Assembly: GCA_017481495.1 (NCBI GenBank)
Contig: JAFUPC010000024.1
Location: 10,790 to 74,789 of the forward strand
DNA: 64,000 nt
Direction of reading: 5' to 3'
Source of the DNA: Clostridia bacterium
GTDB lineage: Bacteria; Bacillota; Clostridia; Oscillospirales; CAG-272
Shown here: positions 15,773 to 24,392 of the stretch, one piece after another
How the letters are laid out: each line of letters begins with the position of its first letter
Position numbering within the stretch: position 1 is the stretch's first letter
Notes under the pieces: generated by a model
What the model was told of the DNA's origin: nothing
What the model saw: only the letters and a program-made list of their open reading frames with translations
Database searches by the model: none
Made by a program: the position numbers and the translations under genes

Positions 15773-17485
15773 ATGGCAAAAGGAAAATCAAAGAACGCAT
15801 CCTCCGCCCAGACGCCTGCCGCACCCACAAGCAAGCTGAAGGTCATATCACTCGGCGGTCTGGAAGAGATCGGCAAGAACATCACGGTTCTGGAATACGA
15901 AAATGACATCATCGTCATCGACTGCGGCATGGGTTTCCCGGATGACGAAATGCCCGGCGTTGACTTCGTCATTCCGGACACCACCTATCTGGAAAAGAAC
16001 GAAGACAAGATCCGCGGCATCTTCATCACGCACGGACACGAAGACCACATCGGCGCACTGCCCTACGTTCTGCGCGATCTGCACGTTCCGGTCTATGCGA
16101 CCCGTCTGACTCTCGGTATTCTGCGCAACAAGCTCTCCGAGCACAGCTACGATCATGCACCGGAGCTGATCGAATGCAAAGCGGGCGACAAGATCCGTGC
16201 GGGCGTTTTCTCTGTCGAATTCATTCACGTCAACCACTCGATTGCAGATGCGTGCTGTTTCGCCATCAAGACCCCCGTCGGCATGGTCGTTCACACCGGT
16301 GACTTCAAAATCGACCTGACACCCATCGACGGCGCGATGATCGACCTGCCCCGGCTCGGACAGATCGGCAATGAGGGCGTGCTTCTGCTCATGTGCGAAT
16401 CGACCAACGCGGAGCGCCCCGGCTATTCTCCGTCCGAAAAGAACGTCGGCGCATCGCTGGAAGACATTTTCTTCAAAAACAAGGACAAACGCATCGTCAT
16501 TGCGACGTTCTCGTCCAACGTTCACCGTGTTCAGCAGATCATCGACACGAGCGCCCACTACAACCGTAAGGTCGCCATCACCGGCCGCTCGATGCTGAAC
16601 GTCGTTTCCGCTTCGCTGGAACTCGGTTATATGAACGTACCGGAAAACGTCCTCATCGACATCAACGACATCAAGAAATACAATCCCGAACAGCTCACCA
16701 TCATCACCACCGGCTCCCAGGGCGAACCGATGAGTGCTCTCTCCCGCATGGCGTTTGCGGAGCATGACAAGGTGGAGCTTGGTCCGCGCGACCTCGTCGT
16801 CATCTCGGCGTCCCCGATCCCCGGCAACGAAAAGCTGGTCGGCAAGGTCATCAACGAGCTGTGCAAGAAGCGCGTTTCCGTCATCCACTCCGGCGTTGCG
16901 GACGTTCACGTTTCCGGTCACGCAAACCAGGAAGAAATCAAAATGATGCACGCCCTGCTCCGTCCGAAGTTCTTTATGCCCATTCATGGCGAAAACCGCC
17001 ATCTGGAAGCGCACAAGGCACTTGCGGAGTCGATGGGAATGTCACCTGACCAGATCTTCGTCTCCGAGATCGGTCGGGTACTGGAAGTTGACAAGACAAC
17101 AGCGAAGTTCAACGGCACGGTTCCCGCCGGACGGGTGCTGGTAGACGGCTACGGTGTCGGCGATGTCGGAAACATCGTTCTGCGCGACCGCCGTCATCTG
17201 GCACAGGACGGTCTGATCGTCGTTGTTGCGACCATCGACACCATCGAACGCACCATCATCTCCGGCCCCGACGTGGTCTCCCGCGGTTTCGTCTATGTCC
17301 GCGAAGCGGAAGAGCTGATGGAAGAAGTCCGCGCCATCGCCTCCGAAGCCATTCAGGAATGCTTTGAATCCGATATGCTCGACTGGAACCACATCAAGAG
17401 CGCCGTCAAGGACGACCTGACCAAGTTCCTGTACGCAAAGACCAAGAGAAAGCCGATGATCCTGCCGGTCGTCATGAACGTATAA
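15773..17485 (+). CDS. rnj: Ribonuclease J
   Basis: 570 aa. Metallo-beta-lactamase/beta-CASP signature VISLGGLEEIGKNITVLEY...IFITHGHEDHIGALPYVL, with HTGDFK and SGHANQEE. Confidence 0.95.
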   Translation: MAKGKSKNASSAQTPAAPTSKLKVISLGGLEEIGKNITVLEYENDIIVIDCGMGFPDDEMPGVDFVIPDTTYLEKNEDKIRGIFITHGHEDHIGALPYVLRDLHVPVYATRLTLGILRNKLSEHSYDHAPELIECKAGDKIRAGVFSVEFIHVNHSIADACCFAIKTPVGMVVHTGDFKIDLTPIDGAMIDLPRLGQIGNEGVLLLMCESTNAERPGYSPSEKNVGASLEDIFFKNKDKRIVIATFSSNVHRVQQIIDTSAHYNRKVAITGRSMLNVVSASLELGYMNVPENVLIDINDIKKYNPEQLTIITTGSQGEPMSALSRMAFAEHDKVELGPRDLVVISASPIPGNEKLVGKVINELCKKRVSVIHSGVADVHVSGHANQEEIKMMHALLRPKFFMPIHGENRHLEAHKALAESMGMSPDQIFVSEIGRVLEVDKTTAKFNGTVPAGRVLVDGYGVGDVGNIVLRDRRHLAQDGLIVVVATIDTIERTIISGPDVVSRGFVYVREAEELMEEVRAIASEAIQECFESDMLDWNHIKSAVKDDLTKFLYAKTKRKPMILPVVMNV

Positions 17486-17495
17486 ACCATGTAAG

Positions 17496-17530
17496 GATAC
17501 CGCCGGCTATGGCGGTATCTTCTTTTTTAT
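17496..17530 (+). terminator. Rho-independent terminator after rnj
   Basis: GATACCGCC-GGCTAT-GGCGGTATC followed by TTCTTTTTTAT. Confidence 0.85.
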
Positions 17531-17552
17531 TTATCAACATCAAATCAAAATT

Positions 17553-19031
17553 ATGCTGTTTTCATCCACTGAATTTTTATTCTGGTTTCTGCCGCTCGTT
17601 CTGATTTTATATTTTCTTGTTTCGCGCTGGACGGCGGCGAAGAATCTGGTTCTGCTTTGTGCATCGCTTCTCTTTTACGCATGGGGCGAGCCGCGGTTTG
17701 TCTATGTGATGCTGGCATCCATTGTCTGCAATTATATCTTCGGATTGCTCATAGGAGGCGCAAAAATGCGCGCAAAAGCACGTGCCAAAGCGCCGCGGGC
17801 GGCGAAACTCGCACTCGGTGCCGGGGTTGTGTGCAATCTGGGACTCTTATTTGTGTTCAAATATCTGACCTTTGCGCTGGAAAATTTGGGTTCCGTCCTT
17901 TCCCTGCCGTTTGCCGTGCCGCAGATTGCGCTTCCCATCGGCATCTCGTTTTTTACGTTCCAGTCGATGTCGTATCTGATCGACGTTTACCGGGACGCGG
18001 CGGAAGTGCAGAAAAATCCCTTTGACCTTGCGCTGTATGTTGCACTGTTCCCACAGCTGATCGCGGGGCCGATCGTCCGGTACGAGACGGTCGCAAAGCA
18101 GATCTCACACCGCCGCGAGACGTGGGCGGGGATTCACACGGGGCTGTGCCGGTTTCTTGTCGGACTGTTTAAAAAGGTTCTCATTTCCAACCAGATGGGA
18201 CTGGTCGCGGACAAAGCGTTTTCCTTGAACGGTGCGGGCACGCTGTCCGCTGGGATGGCGTGGCTGGGGGCGCTGTCATATGCGCTTCAGATCTATTACG
18301 ACTTCTCCGGATATTCCGACATGGCGATCGGCCTTGGGCGGGTGTTCGGGTTCACCTTTGAAGAAAACTTCGATTATCCGTACATTTCTTCTTCCGTCAC
18401 GGAATTTTGGCGGCGGTGGCACATCTCGCTTGGCACCTGGTTCCGCGATTACGTCTACATTCCGCTGGGCGGTTCGCGCGTAAAAACGAAAGCGCGGCTC
18501 GTGTTCAATCTTGCCGTTGTCTGGATCTCGACCGGAGTTTGGCACGGGGCGGCGTGGAACTTCCTTTTCTGGGGTGTGTGGTTCTTTGTCCTCCTGACTG
18601 TGGAAAAGCTGTGTTTTTCCCATCAGCTGAAAGCGGCAGGAACGCTTCCCTTTTACAAAAAGCTTCCCGGCTGGCTGTATGCGATGACGGCGGTCCTTTT
18701 GGGGTGGGTGTTGTTCCGCGCGGAAAATCTGCCGCTTGCGTGGTCGTACCTCGGTGCGATGTTCGGGGCAGGAGATGTCACAGGCGACACGACGGCATTG
18801 CTGTTTTTGTCCCAGAAAGCGGTGTTTTTTGTCGCGGCGATTTTGTTCTCCGCACCCATTGTTCCGTGTCTGAAACGGAAGCTGGATGCGCTTCGGTCAT
18901 CCTCCGGCGGGGCACTTGTCCCGATGGTCTGTGACATTCTGTATCCGCCCGTGATGCTTGGGCTGTTCCTTGTCTGTGTGTCGTATCTCTTGAAGAGCGA
19001 TTACAATCCGTTTATTTATTTCAATTTCTGA
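17553..19031 (+). CDS. MBOAT-family membrane O-acyltransferase (AlgI/DltB-like)
   Basis: 492 aa, polytopic. Conserved segments ISFFTFQSMSYLIDVYR, YYDFSGYSDMAIGL, FWRRWHISL and W..YVYIPLGG. Confidence 0.9.
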   Translation: MLFSSTEFLFWFLPLVLILYFLVSRWTAAKNLVLLCASLLFYAWGEPRFVYVMLASIVCNYIFGLLIGGAKMRAKARAKAPRAAKLALGAGVVCNLGLLFVFKYLTFALENLGSVLSLPFAVPQIALPIGISFFTFQSMSYLIDVYRDAAEVQKNPFDLALYVALFPQLIAGPIVRYETVAKQISHRRETWAGIHTGLCRFLVGLFKKVLISNQMGLVADKAFSLNGAGTLSAGMAWLGALSYALQIYYDFSGYSDMAIGLGRVFGFTFEENFDYPYISSSVTEFWRRWHISLGTWFRDYVYIPLGGSRVKTKARLVFNLAVVWISTGVWHGAAWNFLFWGVWFFVLLTVEKLCFSHQLKAAGTLPFYKKLPGWLYAMTAVLLGWVLFRAENLPLAWSYLGAMFGAGDVTGDTTALLFLSQKAVFFVAAILFSAPIVPCLKRKLDALRSSSGGALVPMVCDILYPPVMLGLFLVCVSYLLKSDYNPFIYFNF

Positions 19032-19052
19032 GTTTATTCAATTTATGAATGT

Positions 19053-20255
19053 ATGAATACCGAACTTCTTGCAAAGAAAACAAAAACGCTTTCCACCGCC
19101 CTGACCGCGGCGGGATTTCTCGTGTTCGTGTCGGCGGTCGGCATATTGACGGTGACGAAAAATCACACTGCCCTCTTTTCCGACGTGGATGCCGGAACGG
19201 GGGAACCGATTTCTGCCATTGACCGCGTGACAACGGCGTTTGATGAAAACATCGTCGGATTTGACCGGTTTCTCTCGGTCTACGGCATCACCCAGCGCAT
19301 CATCGGGACATCGGTCTATGAGGATGCGGGGTACACTTATCTCATCCGCGACACAAAGGATTTTCTGCATTATCACACGACCCGCGCCGATGCAGCACCG
19401 TATGCGGATGCGGTGGCAGAGCTGTCCGACACACTGGCATCAGTGGGCATTCCGCTGGTCTATTTACAGGCGCCGACAAAGGAGATCGACGGGTTTACCG
19501 ATTATCCGGTGGGCATCACATACGAAAGCACGGAAAATGCCGCCGATATGATGGCTTGTCTGCGGGCGCGCGGGGTGACGGCACTGTCGTTTGCCGAAGC
19601 GTTTGCGCAGAACGATACGGACACATCCGCGCTGTTTTACCGCACCGATCACCACTGGACGACCGAAACTGCGTTTTCCGCGTTTACGATGACCGTGCCG
19701 TATCTGAACAACCTTTTGTCATGGGACTTGGATGTGTCTCTGTGTGAAGAGGACAACTGGGTGTCGCTGTACCAGCCGCAGACGTTTTTAGGCTCCATCG
19801 GGCGGCGCGTGGGGAAAGAGCTTGCCGGGCTTGACGATTACACGTTTTTAGAACCGGCGTTTGAAACGTCCTACAATGTATATTATCCGCCGGAATCGAC
19901 AACAGTTCCGTACTGGACAGGCTCGTTCTACGACACGATGGTGCGCGACAGTCTTTTGTATGCGGACGATGTGTCGGCGAACCGCTACGCGACCTATTTC
20001 CAGTACGACTACGGGGAGCTGATCATCGAAAATCTTTCCGCGGACAACGGTCTGCGCGTTGCCATCATCAAAGATTCGTTTGCGCTTCCGTTCACGGCAT
20101 TTCTGTCGACGGTCGTGTCGGAGATTGACATGATCGACCTGCGCGAGTTTGAGGGGTCGGTAACGGAACATCTTCTGGAAACATCTCCCGACCTTGTGCT
20201 GGTTCTGTACGGAAACGGCAGTTTTTCGGAGATCATGTATCAGTTTGACGAATAA
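19053..20255 (+). CDS. DHHW-family protein (partner of MBOAT acyltransferases)
   Basis: N-terminal TM anchor, literal FYRTDHHWTTETAF motif, immediately downstream of the MBOAT gene. Confidence 0.8.
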   Translation: MNTELLAKKTKTLSTALTAAGFLVFVSAVGILTVTKNHTALFSDVDAGTGEPISAIDRVTTAFDENIVGFDRFLSVYGITQRIIGTSVYEDAGYTYLIRDTKDFLHYHTTRADAAPYADAVAELSDTLASVGIPLVYLQAPTKEIDGFTDYPVGITYESTENAADMMACLRARGVTALSFAEAFAQNDTDTSALFYRTDHHWTTETAFSAFTMTVPYLNNLLSWDLDVSLCEEDNWVSLYQPQTFLGSIGRRVGKELAGLDDYTFLEPAFETSYNVYYPPESTTVPYWTGSFYDTMVRDSLLYADDVSANRYATYFQYDYGELIIENLSADNGLRVAIIKDSFALPFTAFLSTVVSEIDMIDLREFEGSVTEHLLETSPDLVLVLYGNGSFSEIMYQFDE

Positions 20256-20266
20256 GGAGTGCCATT

Positions 20267-21781
20267 TTGAAACGGTTGGTTTGTATTCTGCTTCTCGCGT
20301 TCTGTATCCTTGGACTGTGTTCCTGCCGGGACAATGACATCGGGAAAACGGAATACGTTTACACAGAGGACTATCTGAAAATCAAAGAACCCGGCGGCGA
20401 CGGTTTTCTTGTCAGCGGGAATGTCAAGGTTTGTGCGGATGGTGGGTATGTGTATCGCTTCACATCCGATATTCCCGAAAACATCGGAAATATGTTTATC
20501 GCTACACACAAAATACTGGAAGCCTATCTTCTGGACAACGGTGTACCGCAGGACGAATGTGTAACGATACACCTACTTGTTGAGAAAAGCAGTTTCACGC
20601 AAGGTGAGGAGAACACCGTCTGGCTCAGCCTTTCCGACCTCGGGACGCAGAAGCACGTTCTCGCTGTACTGTCCGCGCTGTGGGGGCGGGGCGAATATAC
20701 CAATTACGGCTATCTTTATGCGCTGTCCGACAAAATTTCCCGTGACCTTGGATGGTCGACCGACGGGGACGCTGGAACGCCTGACAACGCCTTGTTTGCA
20801 GAGAAGCCGGAGCTGTGTTCGCTTGTGTATCCCTGTTTTTTGACGGATTTTTATTCCGAGGAGAAAATTTCTGCCTGCCGCGCGCTTGCGTGCGAAGTTC
20901 TGTCCCGCATGGAGGATCCGTTTGCGGGGGAAGATGCGTTTCTTTCGGAACTTGCGGCATATATATCGGCGATTCTGCCGACAACGGGCGTGCTGTCAGA
21001 GAATGAGTTTTTCTTTGCGTTCGGCGGCGATGCGATCCCCTTGAAGATTCGGACACCGTATTTTACGATTGAGCGGACAACCGGGTACACGGCGGGTGTG
21101 CTTGCCGAGGGAGAAGAACTGACGGCGGACGTGCGTGCGGACGACCCGCTTTACAATTTCCCGCTGCTGCTCGACGTGCTTTCTTCTGCCGACGAAGCGG
21201 TCGAAGTGTTCCATGCGGCGTTTTCAGCAGCGGGGTATGAATGTCCCGAAGCGCCGTTTTGGGTACAGTTGGTATCGGACGGGGAATTTTCCTTTTATTC
21301 CTATGAAAACGGTGTCCCGCTGATGCGCACGGATTCCGTGTATTATCCGGTGCGCGGCTACGTCTGGTATGCGGCAGCGGAAGTTTTCAACAATGGCGGT
21401 ACTGTCGGAACGTGGGAGAACTGGCGCGCCAGTGTCCTCTATTCGTATTTTGCAAAAGAGGAAATGTTCCGCACGCAGTATGCGCTCTCCCGTCACCGCG
21501 GTGCACTGGATTCGCTTGGGGAGAAGATCGGCGAACCATTTGACGACGTTGACGACGAGCTGAAATTCATTTCCGCGATGCTTGCAACGTCGGAAGACAC
21601 GCTGTCCTACGAGCTGAAGACCACCAACCGCGCGGCGATGCCGTTTGCCGGGTACCTTGCCGACAATTACGGTGAGGAGGTCATGATCCAATGTATGATG
21701 GAGCCGGAACGGGCGGAAAGTCTGACCGGAATGTCGCTTGACGGTCTCATCCGGCACTGGACGGCAGAAATGCAGAAATAA
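20267..21781 (+). CDS. Lipoprotein of unknown function
   Basis: TTG start 7 nt after AAGGAG. Lipobox LLLAFCILGLCSC. 504 aa with no motif I can assign. Probably co-transcribed with MBOAT/DHHW (11-nt gap). Confidence 0.6.
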   Translation: MKRLVCILLLAFCILGLCSCRDNDIGKTEYVYTEDYLKIKEPGGDGFLVSGNVKVCADGGYVYRFTSDIPENIGNMFIATHKILEAYLLDNGVPQDECVTIHLLVEKSSFTQGEENTVWLSLSDLGTQKHVLAVLSALWGRGEYTNYGYLYALSDKISRDLGWSTDGDAGTPDNALFAEKPELCSLVYPCFLTDFYSEEKISACRALACEVLSRMEDPFAGEDAFLSELAAYISAILPTTGVLSENEFFFAFGGDAIPLKIRTPYFTIERTTGYTAGVLAEGEELTADVRADDPLYNFPLLLDVLSSADEAVEVFHAAFSAAGYECPEAPFWVQLVSDGEFSFYSYENGVPLMRTDSVYYPVRGYVWYAAAEVFNNGGTVGTWENWRASVLYSYFAKEEMFRTQYALSRHRGALDSLGEKIGEPFDDVDDELKFISAMLATSEDTLSYELKTTNRAAMPFAGYLADNYGEEVMIQCMMEPERAESLTGMSLDGLIRHWTAEMQK

Positions 21782-21825
21782 ATAGGCAGAAACCCGCGCT
21801 TTTTTGATTCCTTTCGCCAAATACC

Positions 21826-21854
21826 TTGACAAAGCGGGGGATTTGTGGTATAAT
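21826..21854 (+). promoter_or_regulatory. Promoter of TetR/acyl-CoA synthetase unit
   Basis: TTGACA, 17-nt spacer, then TGgTATAAT. 28/33 identical to the promoter at 26241. Confidence 0.65.
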
Positions 21855-21860
21855 AATTCA

Positions 21861-21877
21861 CAGCACACCGTGTGCTG
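21861..21877. promoter_or_regulatory. Candidate TetR operator palindrome
   Basis: CAGCACAC-C-GTGTGCTG, a perfect 8-bp inverted repeat starting 7 nt after the -10 box of the TetR promoter. Confidence 0.5.
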
Positions 21878-21925
21878 ATGGGGGTTCCCATCATCCACGT
21901 TTCCACAGCAAACCGAGGAGGCATT

Positions 21926-22504
21926 ATGCCAGACCAGAGCGACCATCGCATTCACGACGCAATGTCGGATAAAATCATCGAAACGGCAGAAGCACTCGTC
22001 ATGCAGGACGGCGCGGAGGATCTGACCGTGCGGAAAATCCTGCGCACGCTGAACATCACCAACCGCGTTTTTTACAACCGTTTTCACAACATCGGCGAGG
22101 TTCTGGAGATCGTCTACCGTTCGACCATCATGAAGGTGCGCGAAAGCATCACGCCGCCCGCCGACTCCCGGCAGGATTTCTTCGATTACGTCATTGACGT
22201 CGTTGCAAACACACTTCTGATCTCCTACGATACCAAAATGCGCTTCAACCAGTATGTCTTTGAAAACGATTCCCGTTCCCAGCTGAATTACAACTGGTGG
22301 AAAGCGGAAATCTCGCGCATCATTGATTATGCAAAGCAGCAGCATTTCATCCGGGACGTCGATACCGACATCATGAGCTACGCCATCTGGTGCTTCATCC
22401 GCGGCTACAACGCCGATGCGGTGGGGCGGAATCTTCCGCGCGACGAGGCGGAACGCAATTTCCGGTACAGTTTCCGGATTTTGTTGGACGGCATGAAAGT
22501 TTGA
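21926..22504 (+). CDS. TetR/AcrR-family transcriptional regulator
   Basis: HTH region AEALVMQDGAEDLTVRKILRTLNITNRVFYNRFHNIGEVL. ATG 21926 follows GAGGAGG. Confidence 0.85.
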   Translation: MPDQSDHRIHDAMSDKIIETAEALVMQDGAEDLTVRKILRTLNITNRVFYNRFHNIGEVLEIVYRSTIMKVRESITPPADSRQDFFDYVIDVVANTLLISYDTKMRFNQYVFENDSRSQLNYNWWKAEISRIIDYAKQQHFIRDVDTDIMSYAIWCFIRGYNADAVGRNLPRDEAERNFRYSFRILLDGMKV

Positions 22505-22649
22505 AAATAAGTCAGACATCCGTGCGATGACCTTGGGTTTCATGAAACTTTGATGCGAAACCGGGTACCGCACGCCGGCAAGTCTGAAACTGTACTTTTT
22601 TTCCAAGAATGACATCAACATCACCAACGGAAAGGGTTATAAAGCATTT

Positions 22650-24347
22650 ATGAACAAAGAACAGCTTCACGAAAAAATAGAATTTTCCACGGTACGGGAA
22701 CTTGTGGAATGGGCAGGTGACACATGGGGTGAGGACACCGCATTCTCGTTCCGTCCCAATCCCCACGACGAAACCGCCACGGAGGTCTCCTACACCGCAC
22801 TGCGCGGCGATGTCCGTGCGCTGGCATCTGCACTGCTTTCTATGGGCTGTGCCGGAAAGCATTGTGTCGTCATCGGCAAGATGTCCTACGACTGGGCACT
22901 GCTGTATTACGCGATTCTCTCCATCGGCGCGGTCATCGTTCCGCTCGACCCCGAATGGAATGCCTCCGACCTTGCGGACACCGCGGCAAAAGCCGATTCG
23001 GATTTCTTGTTCATCGAAGAATCGTTAAAGGAAAAGGCGGTCGTCATCGAAAACGCCTGCGCACTGTCCCATCCGCCCGTGTTCATGAGCACCAAGGACA
23101 CCGCCGCCGGCGTAAACGAACTGGTCGAAGGTGGCCGCGCGCTGTACGAAGAAAATCCCGATGCGTATCACACAGCGGAAATTGATGCAAACGCGCTGGC
23201 ACTGCTTGTGTTCACCTCCGGTACGACCGGCAAGGGCAAGGGTGTCATGCTGTCCCAGAATGCGGTTCTCTCCGACATTGCCGACGTCATTCCCTATATC
23301 GACTACTCCCGCAAGACGGTTTCCGTTCTGCCGCCGCACCACACGTTCGGCTCGACGGTCATGCTGCTCGGACACGTCATTTTCGGATGTAATATCTACA
23401 TCTCCTCCGGTCTGCGTTATGTGCAGAAAGAGCTGAAGGAGCAGAAGCCGGGACATCTGATCCTTGTTCCGCTGTATCTGGAAACGTTCTACCGGAAAAT
23501 TCTCGCGACCGTCAAGGAGCAGGGCAAGGAAAAGCTGTTGTTCCGAATGATCGCCATGAGCAACGGTATGCGCCGTGTGGGCATTGATATGCGCAAAAAG
23601 CTGTTTGCATCCGTGCGCGATGCGTTCGGCGGCGAAGTTCATATGGCGATCTGCGGCGGTGCGCCCCTCAATCCGGAGATCATCTCGTTCTTTGAATCCA
23701 TCGGTATCTCCACGCTGAATGGCTATGGCATCACCGAATGTGCGCCCATCGTCGCGGTCAACCGTTCCCGTCACGTCGTGGACGGCAGTGTCGGCACGGT
23801 CTTTGACATCGACACCGTGAAGATCGAAGACCCCAACGAGGACGGCGAGGGCGAGATCTGTGTCATGGGTCCGAACGTCATGCTCGGCTATTACAAGGAC
23901 GAAGCCGCAACCGCGGAAGCCATCGACGAAGACGGTTATTTCCACACGGGCGACTACGGCAAGCTCGACAAGGATAACATTCTCTACATCACCGGCCGCA
24001 AGAAGAACCTCATCATTCTCTCCAACGGCAAGAACGTCTACCCCGAAGAGATCGAAAACGAACTGATCGCAACGCCCGGCATTCTCGATGTCATCGTCTA
24101 CGAGGGTCAGTCCAAGCGCGGCGTTATGCACAACGCCATCGTTGCCGAAGTTTTCCCGGACAAGGACTATATTGAAAAGAACGGCATCACCGACATCAAA
24201 GCACATCTCCAGCCGTACATCAACGAATACAACCGCAACGCGGTTCCGTACAAGAAGATCAAGATTCTGAAGGTGCGTGCAAAGGAATTTCCGAAGAATA
24301 CGCTCCGGAAGATCATGCGGTTCCAGCTGGATACGACGATTGATTGA
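22650..24347 (+). CDS. AMP-dependent synthetase/ligase (long-chain acyl-CoA synthetase-like)
   Basis: AMP-binding motif LLVFTSGTTGKGKGVMLSQ, with GYGITE, YFHTGDYGKLD and KNVYPEEIE. Confidence 0.9.
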   Translation: MNKEQLHEKIEFSTVRELVEWAGDTWGEDTAFSFRPNPHDETATEVSYTALRGDVRALASALLSMGCAGKHCVVIGKMSYDWALLYYAILSIGAVIVPLDPEWNASDLADTAAKADSDFLFIEESLKEKAVVIENACALSHPPVFMSTKDTAAGVNELVEGGRALYEENPDAYHTAEIDANALALLVFTSGTTGKGKGVMLSQNAVLSDIADVIPYIDYSRKTVSVLPPHHTFGSTVMLLGHVIFGCNIYISSGLRYVQKELKEQKPGHLILVPLYLETFYRKILATVKEQGKEKLLFRMIAMSNGMRRVGIDMRKKLFASVRDAFGGEVHMAICGGAPLNPEIISFFESIGISTLNGYGITECAPIVAVNRSRHVVDGSVGTVFDIDTVKIEDPNEDGEGEICVMGPNVMLGYYKDEAATAEAIDEDGYFHTGDYGKLDKDNILYITGRKKNLIILSNGKNVYPEEIENELIATPGILDVIVYEGQSKRGVMHNAIVAEVFPDKDYIEKNGITDIKAHLQPYINEYNRNAVPYKKIKILKVRAKEFPKNTLRKIMRFQLDTTID

Positions 24348-24351
24348 TAGG

Positions 24352-24392
24352 AAGAAACCCACCGCCAACCACAGGCAGTGGGTTTTTATTTT
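24352..24392. terminator. Hairpin terminator candidate shared by convergent genes
   Basis: AAACCCAC-n15-GTGGGTTT followed by TTTATTTT, between the stop codons at 24347 (+) and 24391 (-). Confidence 0.55.

Noticed and set aside
15063-15906. Three overlapping forward ORFs (176, 100 and 205 aa) in the rnj upstream region.
   Set aside because: The translations are Cys/Arg/Ser-rich and not protein-like, lack ribosome-binding sites, and are mutually overlapping in all three frames; the last one runs into the rnj CDS out of frame. The region is treated as non-coding RNA or leader instead.
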